The notes under the pieces were generated by a model. It saw only the letters and a list, made by a program, of their open reading frames with translations. It was not told where the DNA came from and ran no database searches. Shown here one piece after another: positions 1-12,100 of a stretch of 64,000 bases of DNA (its first letter is position 1; the number at the start of each line of letters is the position of its first letter). The stretch spans positions 3,348,001-3,412,000 of the forward strand of contig OZ281495.1 in the NCBI GenBank assembly GCA_965637545.1, written 5' to 3'. The position numbers and the translations under genes were made by a program. Source of the DNA: Phallusia mammillata. Its lineage: Eukaryota.

Positions 1-400
1 TTAGCGCATTTCGTCACTATTGGCACTTGGCCCAAAGTGGGTGATAGTTAATTGCATTTTGCTGTAATTATCGAGTCGGGTTCACTTTTTTGAAAACGGA
101 TTATTAAAATAGACTAAAAGATGAGTCAATGAGGCGAATTTAAAGAAAATAATGGGCCCGAAAAGATTTCAAATATTGTATTCAAGTTAGCGCATTTCGT
201 CACTATTGGCACTAGGCCCAAAGTGGGTGATAGTTAATTGCATTTTGCTGTAATTATCGAGTCGCGTTCACTTTTTTGAAAACGGATTATTAAAATAGAC
301 TAAAAGATGAGTCAATGAGGCGAATTTAAAGAAAATAATGGGCCCGAAAAGATTTCAAAAATTCTATTAAATTTAGCGTATTTTGTCAATATTTCGATTT
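1..400. repeat. 186-bp tandem repeat, two near-identical copies plus a degenerate third start
   Basis: The unit beginning ttagcgcatttcgtcactattggcac starts at 1 and again at 187. A diverged ttagcgtattttgtca begins at 373. The array may extend left of the window. Confidence 0.9.
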
Positions 401-529
401 GGCCAAAACGTTCTTTGCGCATCCTTCCGTGACGTTCTCTCGTTTCGCATTCCTTTTTTCGTTTTTATTCTGGCAGAATGACAATGGTACATTCCTCTGT
501 GAGCAGCAAATGTCGTTCAGTGATTTCAG

Positions 530-3030
530 TGATTCCTTAAATTAGTTGGTAGTTGTATACAAAGATAGGACTGTGAGAGAAAAAGCGTAACAGTAAGTTT
601 TCAAGTAAGCATTCAAAGCTTAACAAAGAAAGCAGTATTTATGACATTCCATGCACATACCGAGAATTAAAATAGACACAAACAATTAAATTCAAGTCAG
701 AATGAATCCCCTCACAGACTGTTATGAAATAAATGTATTAAATAAACAACAGGTGTAAAAAATAGGTCATTGCTAAACATCAGTAACTCAAATTAATGTC
801 AAATTAACTAATTATGTATGTTCAATTTAAGTCATGGTACACACAAAACTTCTCAGAACCACAAAACATGAACCATAGAATCTATAAAAGAACATAATAC
901 ATGTAGTTTTGGCATTGGAATGTTAAGTGAATAGTGCTTTTGATTTGTATTTTGCACAGGATAAGGAGAAAAATGAAATACAAACCTGCAAACAGTCATG
1001 GTGGCTTTTTTAACCCAATCACATCTGCTATTCAGTGATTATTATCAAAACAGCATACCATTATGTTCAGCCCAGCTCTCTAGTGTGATACTAAAAGGCA
1101 AAAGTTTTAAATAAACATTCACAAATTAACAGCTATATCAATGTAAAAACACAAAAACTTATATATACCTAATTTGTTCCAACATGTCCATTTTGGAAGT
1201 TTAATCCCATACAAAGATAGTACATTTGGCCAATTTAAGCTTTTTCTCTGGTAAGTGGGGCATTGTCATGTAATCCATAATCTGGGTTATTCCCTCACTG
1301 AGTGGTAATGTTGTTGGTGCTGTTTAAGAGAAACAACATAATATTACATTGAGTAGACATACTCTATATATTCAATCTGCTATGGTCCAAAATTAAATGC
1401 AGAGAACTTTAGCAGATTTAAACCAAATAAAACTACAAAGAAGTGATATTCAGCTTATTACAAGATGAAAAATAAATGTCTAATATCAGCAAATTATATT
1501 CTGGAAATAGGAAGTACAGATTTAAGTATGTGAACAATTTAATGAAGTATGAAAATAACAGCAAGGATCTGTTTGGAACATAATACGGAATGGATCAACT
1601 AATCAAAGTGTTAGACTGACAATTTGACACATTTTTATGCATTTTTTATGTTGTAAAATCCTGGAAAATAAACAGTTTACATTTTCAAACTTTTAAGGAT
1701 CAGGTTTAACACATTTAATAAAACCTAAACAACACACTGAACAAACCATGTAGCAGAGAGGATAACTGTTAAAAATAGAATGAGTGGATTCGATTAAGCT
1801 GACAAATGCCAGTAATTTTTAGAAATTCGCAAATACCTTGTATGCACTTTAAGTATTACATCACAATCAAACAGTGCATATGTGTGACATCACAATTGTG
1901 TGATTAAAGAATTAGCTACGATGAGTTGTAGCTGTAATTGTAAAAATTGTATTACCTGCCAACACAAGTATTTCCCTGAGCAACACTTTAATAAAATAGA
2001 ACATTTTTTTCTGATTGGTTCTTGCAAAAGTCTTTTCATTTGCAACTTATTATCAGTGAAGACTGCAAACATCCCATGAGGGAACGGGCACAGTCACGCA
2101 TTTTCACTAAAGGGACGGATGTGGTACTTTTTGCATTAATTCGTTTTTGTTCGGCCATTAGGTTTGCCTTCCATCAACACAAAATACTTTCTTTTGCACA
2201 AAATAACACAAAAACATAGTAGAAGGGTTAATATTTTTATTGGGACGATTACCTTTGCTTACATCGGATACCGCTTGTGCGAAATAGGTCGAAAGTGCGC
2301 CACATTAATTACACAAGCACCAGTCCAGCTGTTGGAAAAGCTATCATCCCAATATGTGTTCAATAACATGACTTGCGAAAAATGACTGTTCGGTTGAGAC
2401 ATTAGGGGCAATAAGGATTCGAAAAAGTTTGTTAGATTTTTTGATATAGTTGTTGTTGTTTACCATCGTTTTTTAACCGGGTGTAATCAAGCCATGTTGC
2501 ACAACGCAGATGCGCGGCCTTTAATACTATTTGATTCTCTCTCAAACAAGATTTTAACCTTTTAAGTCGCATTTCTCCTTACCAGGTGCAGCTAATGCGT
2601 TTTATAATCCTGTCAAGTTCGTTTTACTGTTAATAATACAACATATAACCATGACGTGCCATATAACTATGATGTATTATACTTTATTTGTTGCATACGT
2701 AAACAAAATACAATACAGCCCACAAAGTAGCGGCAAAGTTTCGGATTTTTTATTGATATGTTGCATAGTAACGAACTGTAGTTGTTGTAGCGGACAACTT
2801 ATAACCACAAAAATTACCAACATGCAAAATCAATGATACAGCCTATAGTGCGTAGAACGAATAATTAAGGTTAGAGTATAAAAATCACCGATTGGCAACA
2901 GCTTTTAAGTTTGTAGCAGTCAGCACACAGCAAACAAACTAACCGCAGAATCACTCAGATTGATACAAACACTTGCCCCATGTTAATAATAGCGTTTTTA
3001 TCGTTGTGAGACGATACTTGAATCCCTAGG
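530..3030 (-). pseudogene. Relic of an unidentified multi-exon gene ('gene X'), copy 1, 3' exons and 3'UTR-like region
   Basis: Homologous to about 31.7-34.1 kb. Exon-like segment 2263-2353 is frameshifted (WDDSFS..LDWCLCN..TFDLFRTSGIR) and has a GTAAGC donor. An exon from 2106 downward (LKMRDCARSLMGCL) has an AG acceptor. Differences from copy 2 are mostly synonymous. Confidence 0.55.
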
Positions 3031-3046
3031 CTCTGCTGGATACCCG

Positions 3047-6000
3047 CACTGATCTCTATAAACACTGGATTGCGCTACTCCGTTGAACGGTTGGGTGATT
3101 TCTGAAGCAAATTGAAGCGTAATGGGGGCTGAAAAGGAAGCCCCAAAAATGCATTGCGGGCAATGGGGGAGAGTGGAAAAATGACGATAATTTTTATTTT
3201 AGGCATTTGTGTAGCGATTTTTTAAGACATGATTTGTAGATTAATAGGACGCATGTATTCCAGTGTGTAATAACCAATAAATATGCGTAGATTGATTGTG
3301 ATGTGTATTAGTGTTTGTGTACTGGGAATACATTATTCAGTTAATGTTGAAATAAATTATTATTAAGTGGTAATAAATGTTTTATTGTGCAATATAAGTT
3401 GTTTACATGCATTTATTAATATTTAAGACACAAATCCAACAAGGATGGCTATTTTCTTCACACAAGACGATGTGATACTTTATTTAGCATCACCTTGTGC
3501 TGATCCAAACTGCTGTTTTTGATTGTCAGCAAAATCTTGGAGCTAAAATATGAAAAGTTTTTTAAAGTTTAAAATATTTAAAAGTTTTTTTTGTAGTAGG
3601 TTCAACATTATTTTGCTTTTATGTTATAAACCATGAATCTAGTAAGCTCACAATTAGCTCATTTAATCTAGCCTTTTCAGTTTGCAAACAACATGTGTTG
3701 AATAAATTTTTTCTAATGTTGTGAATTCTCAAACAACAAACTCTTAACAAAATTCTAATATCTCAAAGGGATACATGTGCATATAAATGCATTTAAGACT
3801 TTATAGCAGTTAGGGTGGACAAGTTTAACTACCCAAATGAATTGCCTATTTATGTACTATTCCAGTCAGAATCATAAAATATTGTTTTTATTCTTTTTAA
3901 TATGCAATTTTCTGCAAAAACACACCTGCACACCAATTATCACCAACATTTAAATTCTTGCTAAATAGGACTGAAGGCAACAAATACACCAGACAAGTTC
4001 ATACAGATATCCTGTATTTTTTGTCAGATGATCACCATTGTAACAGATGGTGCATTCACAAAATAAAAAAAACAACAACTCAAAGTAGTTTAAGTTCAAA
4101 ATGTGCAGAATATCATGTTACAGGCAGTGTCAGAAATAATTACAAAACATACACAGTGGAAGTAGAACAGTATACACACAAAAAATGTTTAATCTGATTC
4201 CAACCCTTCTGTAGTGTATTTGTTGTCGAAAAAATGCTGAATTGTAATCTTGCAGTGTCATAAAGCTTGAGGGTTTGGGAGGAGACTGAAACATTCCAGT
4301 GGAATTTTACCAAAGACAATAAAGGTAGCTTATTGGAGAAATATAAACCCTATTATGTCTGAAATGTTTGGAAACAAATAAATGTAAAATGGAATTGCAA
4401 AACTTCATAATATCACCATGGCAAGATAATAAACACCCAAACTAAATGCACTCAATCGAGAGAAAAAAGTCAAATAGTGTTAAAATCAAGGATGGCAGTA
4501 CGGTACGGTACGTATTCGATTGATCGTACCACGTACCTCGTTACGTAGAGCGTACCGTACCACCGTACCGTACCAAATGTCAAAAATCGAGACGTACCGT
4601 ACCACCTCGAGTACGGTACGAAAATTTGCGTACCGTACCTTCAAATAAACCAATCGGGATTAAGTTGGATACATTTTATGACATGCACTTAATGGAGAGG
4701 TGTCTAAACTCACAGAGTTGCCTTCGACTTAAGTTTCAATTGAAACCAAAAATAAGGACAATCTAAAAAATCTAATTTTCATACGAAACGAAACAAACGT
4801 TTTTGAACAAATGCAGTTAACTATCAAGTAGTTAACTATTAAGTTGCCGCAAGATAACCTAACTTGCGGCAAGTTAGCTGACTTGCAACGCTAAATTGCT
4901 GCAAGTTAGCTATGTTTCGCTGCAGGTTAGCTATCTTGCAGCAACTTAATTTATTCGTCAACGGCGCCCCATACATAGCTATCACATGTCATATTTTTTT
5001 GCCCAGGAACAATCTGTTCCAGCAACTCCTTGTTCGTAGAAAATACTTCGTTCATCTCACAACAGCTCAGGTCTAGGTTTGCTTTTACTTGTAGCAGGGA
5101 TTTGACTAGTAATCGTGGAAAATAAGACAAAATAAGGACGTAAGTCAAAAATAAGAACATTTCTTAGAAATAAGGACAATGAACTTTTTTAAGACATCGC
5201 CCTTCAAAATAAGGACAAATTTTAGAAAATAGGGGCGATATGGCAACCATAACTCAAGCTACCCCACTACAACCAGCTTATTCGAAAGGGTTGATGTGTT
5301 TTCTACGATGGGCTCGTGCAGAGACAATGTATTATTTTCAACATCATGTTTCTTAAAATCATTGCTACGAAAGAGACAACAACACTGTACCTAGCTTTTT
5401 TTAACTTACATGAAAATCAATTACAAATGCCGAGTTGATCTCAGTTTTTGTCATGTGCGCGTTTTTGTAACCCTCCTATTGCATAGCGTCAGTCCGTAAG
5501 CACAAAATATTTAGCAGTGACGTCATAAACTTTTTTAGACTTAGCACTATTTTGGTACAAGGACATTGTGATAAAATCATATAATAAACAACTTAAATTC
5601 CAGTTTTGAACAATTTTGATATTATCTGCAAATAGTAATGATGCAAAAATGACCGTTTGATCAACATTTATTAAGCGTACCAGTACGGAGGTACGGTACG
5701 CTTTTGGTACGGTGGTACGCTCTAGTGAAGGACCGTACCACGTACCGTACCCGTACCTAAGCTTTTCTTGCGTACCGTACCTACGTACCGTACTTTTTGA
5801 TGAAATTTGCTGCGTACCGTACCGTACCGTACTGCCATCCTTGGTTAAAATAGTTGAAATATTAGTTTAGTTTTTGTGATTTTAATTAAAACGTTATTCC
5901 ACATGTTGGTCAGAATTTCCTGAAGTTTGATAACAGTCAAAAACAGCAGTTTGGATTAGCACAATGTAATGTCACACAAAGAATTACATCATCTTGTGTG

Positions 6001-6368
6001 AAGGAAGTAGCCATCTTGTTGAATTCATATCTAAAATACTTAAAAAAGCACGAAAACTACTTATATTCCACAATAAAACATTTATTTCCACTTAATAATG
6101 ATTTAATTTAACACTTACTTAATAACGTATATCCAGTACACCTACACTAATACACATCACAGTCAATCTACGCATATTTATTGGTTATTACACACTCGAA
6201 AAAAAAATCGCTACACAAATGCTTAAAACAAAAATTATCGTCATTTTTCCACTCTTTCCCCATTGTCCGCAATGCATTTTTGGGGCTTCCTTTTCAGCCG
6301 CCATTACGCTTTAATTTGCTTCAACCGTGACGGCCAGTAGCGCAATCCAGGGTTTATAGAGATCAGTG
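3047..6368. mobile_element. Long inverted-arm (foldback-like) element, or two oppositely oriented copies of one repeat
   Basis: About 3047-3535 is the diverged reverse complement of about 5930-6368. The outer ends are cactgatctctataaac and gtttatagagatcagtg. No TSD was found. Confidence 0.7.
4487..5843. mobile_element. Non-autonomous hAT-type MITE
   Basis: TIR caaggatggcagtacggtacggtacg / cgtaccgtaccgtactgccatccttg. Exact 8-bp TSD gttaaaat at 4479-4486 and 5844-5851. GTACC-rich subterminal repeats and no transposase ORF. Confidence 0.92.
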
Positions 6369-7442
6369 GTCTCAAGGGACGGATTCCGTAATTTTTGCAT
6401 TGCTTTGCTCCAATGTTTGGTTCGCTTCAAACGAACAAAGTAGAAAAACTTTGTCCATAACACAACAAAGTAGAAGGTTTAAATTTTTACTTGGACCTGA
6501 AAATCCACCGTTTGGGTAAAATAATAATTGCTTTCAAGCAAAAGAGGACTGCAGGTAGCGCCTATATTAAATCAACTTTGATAATCTTCATCTCCTCAAA
6601 ATCTCGTTTGTTGTGGTGTTAATGTCACCCAGCTTACAGTTTTGTTTTGTTTCACGTAACAAAAGCAATTTTGGGATGACATGGACAAAACCTGATTGTC
6701 CCGTTACAAAAAATGAGGTTTTCATTGCTGTTTTTTCAATCCGTCTTCAACAGACAAAAAGCTAGTTATCGCAGAACCTAATCGACATTTCGGAAATATA
6801 TGTGGGCAACGAGAACTTCAATTACACGCCACATAACACTGTTTCTAGGCATTAAAATATTCCAGAACCCATGCGTGCACAAACACTGCAGAATAGCCTG
6901 CACTTTGTTAACACAACACGAACATTTTTAATTGTTTAATTTTATCATGAAACGCAACAGGCAAGTTCACAGATAAAAGGGTGATTTTGAAATTCCTTCA
7001 TGTGTTCGCTCCTGATAAATTAGATTTTGTGGCTTGCGAAAGCCAAGTTAACGTAGCTGACAATTCAAGGACACAGTGCGACAGGAATTATGAGATTATA
7101 TTCCCGTGTCATGACAACAGAAAGCAATCAATACATTAGAACTTTGCCATTGTTTTGTACCTGTCATGTTTTCTGTTTAGGCATCACTTACAACCAACAG
7201 CAGTCAGCTGTGGATTCCTAAAACAAAAGAAGTTTTTGGTTTCAGATTTCCAGTTCTGAACCAACACCTGTTATTCAGCAACACACAGTCACATGTTATT
7301 ATTGTTTATGGAATAGCAGAGCACTACTAGCATTCTGTGTCGTTTAAACTCTGTTGCATTGAAAGCTTAATGAGTTTTTGTTTTGTTTTTGAATTTACAG
7401 AATAGTTTGTAAACTTTTGTGATGTGACAATAGCAATTAAAT

Positions 7443-8955
7443 ATGACAAGCACAACTGACGTAAGTTACTACTATCTGTTTTTTGACTAAATGCAGAAGA
7501 AAACTAACAAAGCGTGATTATCACATTCACACTAGCCTTATGTTAAGTGCGTTAATTAAAAGTTTCTCGCGCTTGACAATTGTTTGGAGTTAAGGTGATT
7601 TTGCAACATTATTGTTATTCGAGAGACTGCATTTGGTAATATGAGATCAAAATGCAGTTATAGCTGTAAAACATAAGATAGTAGTTGCATTCTACATGTA
7701 AACTGATATTTCGCCCCATCTTTGGAAATCTATCGTGTCAGGATAGTGTTTCTGCCGTGGTTTTAATTTACTATAGTTTGGCCCATGTGGCAAGTAACGC
7801 ACAAAATGTCATCTTTGCTGTTAGTTACGGTTTGTGATTAAACAATTTTGACCACAGCTACCTGAGTTTAAGCCGAAGGACATCATATGCGATCCCGAGA
7901 AGTTCGTCGCTGGGTCGGGTGGTTTCGGAGACGTTGTATATGGCTACCATAAACTGAAGCAAGAGATCGTTGCTATCAAAGTGTTCACTGTAGCCAGTGA
8001 CAAGGATCGAAAACCTTTGGTGAAAAGGTATGCTGTCCTATTTACCACAGAAGAGTGAGTAAGAACTTTACTAGAAAATATACCTCTGATTTTAACAGAA
8101 TATATGAAGAAATGCAGCATTTGGAGAAGGCAAACCATCAAAATATCGTCCGGGTCCTTGGCTATGTTAAGTGGCCTTTTACAATGGGAATTGTGATGGA
8201 ATACTACAAAGGCGGAGACCTTAACAGTCTCCTTTTCAATCGACACATTCCTTTGGGACTTGGCCTGCGTCTTCGAATTTTATCCGAAATATCAAAAGGA
8301 ATTCAGTTCTGCCACAATCTACCTGACAAACGTTTGCTGCATTTAGACTTGAAACCGGGAAACGTTTTTCTCACTCAAGATCTTCATTGCAAAATTGGCG
8401 ACTTCGGTGGGGCAGAGCTGGCAACGTTGACTGGCCAAGCACCCGCAGATTCTTCAGCAAGAAGCACGAAGGAGAAGCCACAATACACGCCCCAGTACAC
8501 AGCTCCCGAAAAACTGCAGAATAAAACAATGAAGCCCAGGAAAGAATTTGACGTTTATTCATTTGCTATTTTGATATACGAAGTCCTCACGCGTGATTCT
8601 GCCTATCCAAGTGTAAATTTAACAGATTTAACAATTGCTATTATAAAAGGAAAAAGACCAGACTGTGGCAAAATACGCAAACTGATGGAAACTTTGAAGA
8701 GCGAAGAGAAGAAAATGGTCTCAGAACTGGAAAACCTGATGAAACGATGCTGGGATCAAAAACCCATCAATCGTCCCAACATGAATGAAGTAACACGCAT
8801 TCTAAATCAATTGCTTGCCAAGCAAAAATCCGCTCATCTACTTTCACAAGCCACAAAAGCTCTAAAGGAAATGGACCTAGATGAACAGTCAACGTTCAAT
8901 GAGGACGAGTGCGTTCAACTTCACCAGTTTTCATCTAGAGCCAGAGCATTTATCG
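7443..8955 (+). CDS. K1: RIPK/TKL-like Ser/Thr protein kinase domain (exons 7443-7460, 7858-8027, 8099-8955)
   Basis: Spliced translation gives MTSTTD|LPEF..GSGGFGDV..VAIK..|..HLDLKPGN..DFG..YTAPE..DVYSF..CW..RP. GT-AG sites keep the frame, and the exon structure matches the three paralogs. Confidence 0.92.
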
Positions 8956-9157
8956 GTAAATTTGAAACGACAGTTTCAATAATGATTCAAAACCATCAAC
9001 AGCAAGGCTGACGATTATTGTCTTTTTTAACTATAAAACAGTGAAACCAATGGACATACATTTCATTGGTTTAAACAGAATCAATCGGTTTTATATGACG
9101 TTAATCCGAAAATACTTTTTCAAGAAAACCGACTTAAAACAACCGTTTTGCTTTTAG

Positions 9158-12100
9158 ACCCATCGACCCTTCAAATTCTCAAACAAACCACCAAACCAGC
9201 AAGAACCGAAGAAAACTGGTCTACTCTAACAACAGACGCCAAGACATTACAGCGAGATTCGGGTAAAGTAGATGAATTCATATTTGCATTTGTGTTCGTT
9301 GTTTGTGTTACAACAAGGAAGTTGGTAAAGAAAAACGTTTTAGTCGCCACCATTCAGTCTTAAATGTACAAACAGCTTTGATTTGAAGCAAACTTACAAT
9401 GAAATTTCGTAGATCCAACGGCAGATCAAAGCATCGAGGATCTTCCACATAAACAGGACAAGAGGCGTTTTACTCTCATTACCACTCCACACGACGGTGC
9501 TTACGTTATTGTTGATTGCTTGTTGTTGGTAATGGCTTACAAAGAAACTTACATATACAGCAGTTATAACCTTGAATCTGAATTGGTGATATAATTTTTC
9601 TTACCAATCACCATCTGTTAACAATAGCTTTAACAGTTTTAGAACTAATTAATAAACGTAACAATGAAAGACTTACACAGTTGAAATATAAACTTTCAGA
9701 TTTGAAAGCTAGATCAACCATAGAAGAGCTTCCGCATACGTCACAGGAAGGTATTTCCCATGAGAATAGTTCCTTTCCAGTACAAGGTAACGTGATTTTA
9801 GATTTTTGATGTTGCATTTTATTAGTGAAATAACAACAATATATTGTTAAGGAAGAACAAACTTCGCCCAGAATCCACAGATGTTTGAAATTGCTAAACA
9901 TCAGACAGAAGCGGTAAAAGAAAGAAAAGGGGCAACACCATTTACATCAGGTAAGCCATGCTCTCAAAAACCCAATGAAAACGAAGTAATGACTTTACTT
10001 AAAAGTGAAATAAACGCAAAATGGTTGCTCTATATATCAACAGTTGCTCGTAGAAATTGCTATCCAATATCGGAAACTAATTTCTAGCTGGTGTAAATGT
10101 TAGTTTTGTTTATCAGCTCGACTTTAGTTTCACCTTTTGACTTTTCACTTTTGTTGAAATTCACGACCCTGTTGATCCTTGTAATCTGATAACGGGTCGG
10201 TTTGCTGTACACGCAATTATTTTATGAGGTTGACAGCCTTGAAACCCGAACAGCTTAATTCTTCATTGAATGCTGTTACATTGCAAAAACTATGTGTCAA
10301 TTTTCAGATTCAACCAAAACGCTTAAAAGCACTGAAAAACCTCCACTTCATGTACACGATAAGCTTCCCGTTAAAACAAAGGCAACTGAAATCCAACACA
10401 AAAGCAAAGAAACTTTTCAACGATCGGCAAATGTTGTTCCGCCCTCAGTGGAGTCAAAACCAGGTAAATGAATCGAGACCTTTATGTGTAGTTTCCGCCC
10501 GCACTGATCAGCCATCATAACTTATAATAAATTTGAACAATGTAATTAATGCTGAGTTAAGCATAATTGGACCAACCCTTCATGCAGACCAGCGATCACG
10601 GCACACTCATATATATATCGTAGGACACCAGGCACACTGAAGCTTTGAAGGCGTTACATCGAATCAAACCGAACTTCCAGCTTTGTCACTTAGCTGGGAC
10701 TAGGCCAGAAGTACCTGCTAGTTGGAATAGGCCAGTACATAGCTAGGAATACGTCAGAAGTACCTGTTAGTTGTTTAATGTCAGTTTCGTAAATTTTGGC
10801 GATTTCTTCATTAAATTATAAAGCTATGTGTTCTTTCACCAAGCGAGATAAACTTAAACTCAATTCAAATACGTTAAATTTTCAGACGTGAACGAAACTT
10901 TCAATGAGAGGCTGAAACAATCAACCAAAGCAGCAATCGACCTGTCAAGAGAGGGGAACCCAGGTACTTATGTGGCAATTCGTACATTGTTTAAAAAGCA
11001 AAAAACCTGCATTATCGATAAATTTGTGTGTTTTGTTAATTGAGCATTAAGTTCGTGTACAGGGACCTTTAATAGACCGTTAACTTAAAACTGTCCCTAA
11101 TAAACGAGAGACTAAAACGACACGCTTCGATGCACATGAACAAGCACAATAGTGATGTATCCACTTTCAATTTTCACATCAACAAAAAACTTTACATGAA
11201 GACCAGCTGATTCAAAACTTTGTTCAATTTGTGAAAGAAAATAAACTTGACGAAGCAAAATCGACGAGACAGGGGCTTTTAAACTCAATCAAAAGTGAGG
11301 TTGAAGTAAAATAAGTCTCTGTTTTTGTTAAAACCATTGTGTATGTACACATTAATGACATTTGCTATTATATAACTGTTCTTTGCTAGTTAAGCCTTCT
11401 TAGTAACGACAAACAATTTGCTAATTAGGTGGTGCAAAACTTAACCCGAAACCACAGACCGGCGAAACGTTGAAACGTCCCCCTAAAACGACAGAAAAAA
11501 GGCAAGACTTGCCTCCTTGGGCATCAGGTATTACCTCGCTTAAGATGCAAATCAAACGTAAATGCCTCATCTTAAAAGTGTCAACTCAACTCAAACTAAT
11601 TGCAACGTTATAGTGTTAGATCATTAAATTAGTTTGAGGGATCTTTTCGCCATAGTGCATTAGAAAATTATAAAACAAATGATATTTTTTAGATTTTACT
11701 GCACGCAAGGTCCCGATAAAACTTCGTTATACGACACAATGGAGTGGTTCTCACGATTCCGACCCCACGGCACCGTCAGGTAATGTGCAGTTACAGTTGT
11801 TTGTTTATTCCTAAATGTTGAGAATAACATTGAACTGTCAAGCCAATAAATGACATGTAGACTGCAGACATTGCACACCACTGTTTCGACCTGTAAGGTC
11901 TCGTCAGTGCAGCTGGTGACAAGAGATCGGTCGTATTGTCTAGTGTAGCCAGGAAGAGACTTTATATGTTGAAATAATGTGCAATTTCAACAATAAAACG
12001 ATAAAATAACAAAATAAATGGGTGCAAATGTTGAGGCAAAAAACGCCTTTGAGCAAACTGCAAGCCACAGAAACATTGAAAACTGCATTTAAACTCTTAG

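Noticed and set aside
4487-4640. CRISPR-like or regulatory array of GTACC repeats
   Set aside because: The pentamers are irregular with no unique spacers, they form the inverted arms of a TSD-flanked MITE, and the context is eukaryotic.
8042-8060. 4-nt micro-exon (cag|aaga|gtgagt) in K1 intron 2
   Set aside because: It would need a 23-nt intron and would break the frame. The 71-nt intron matches the paralogs.
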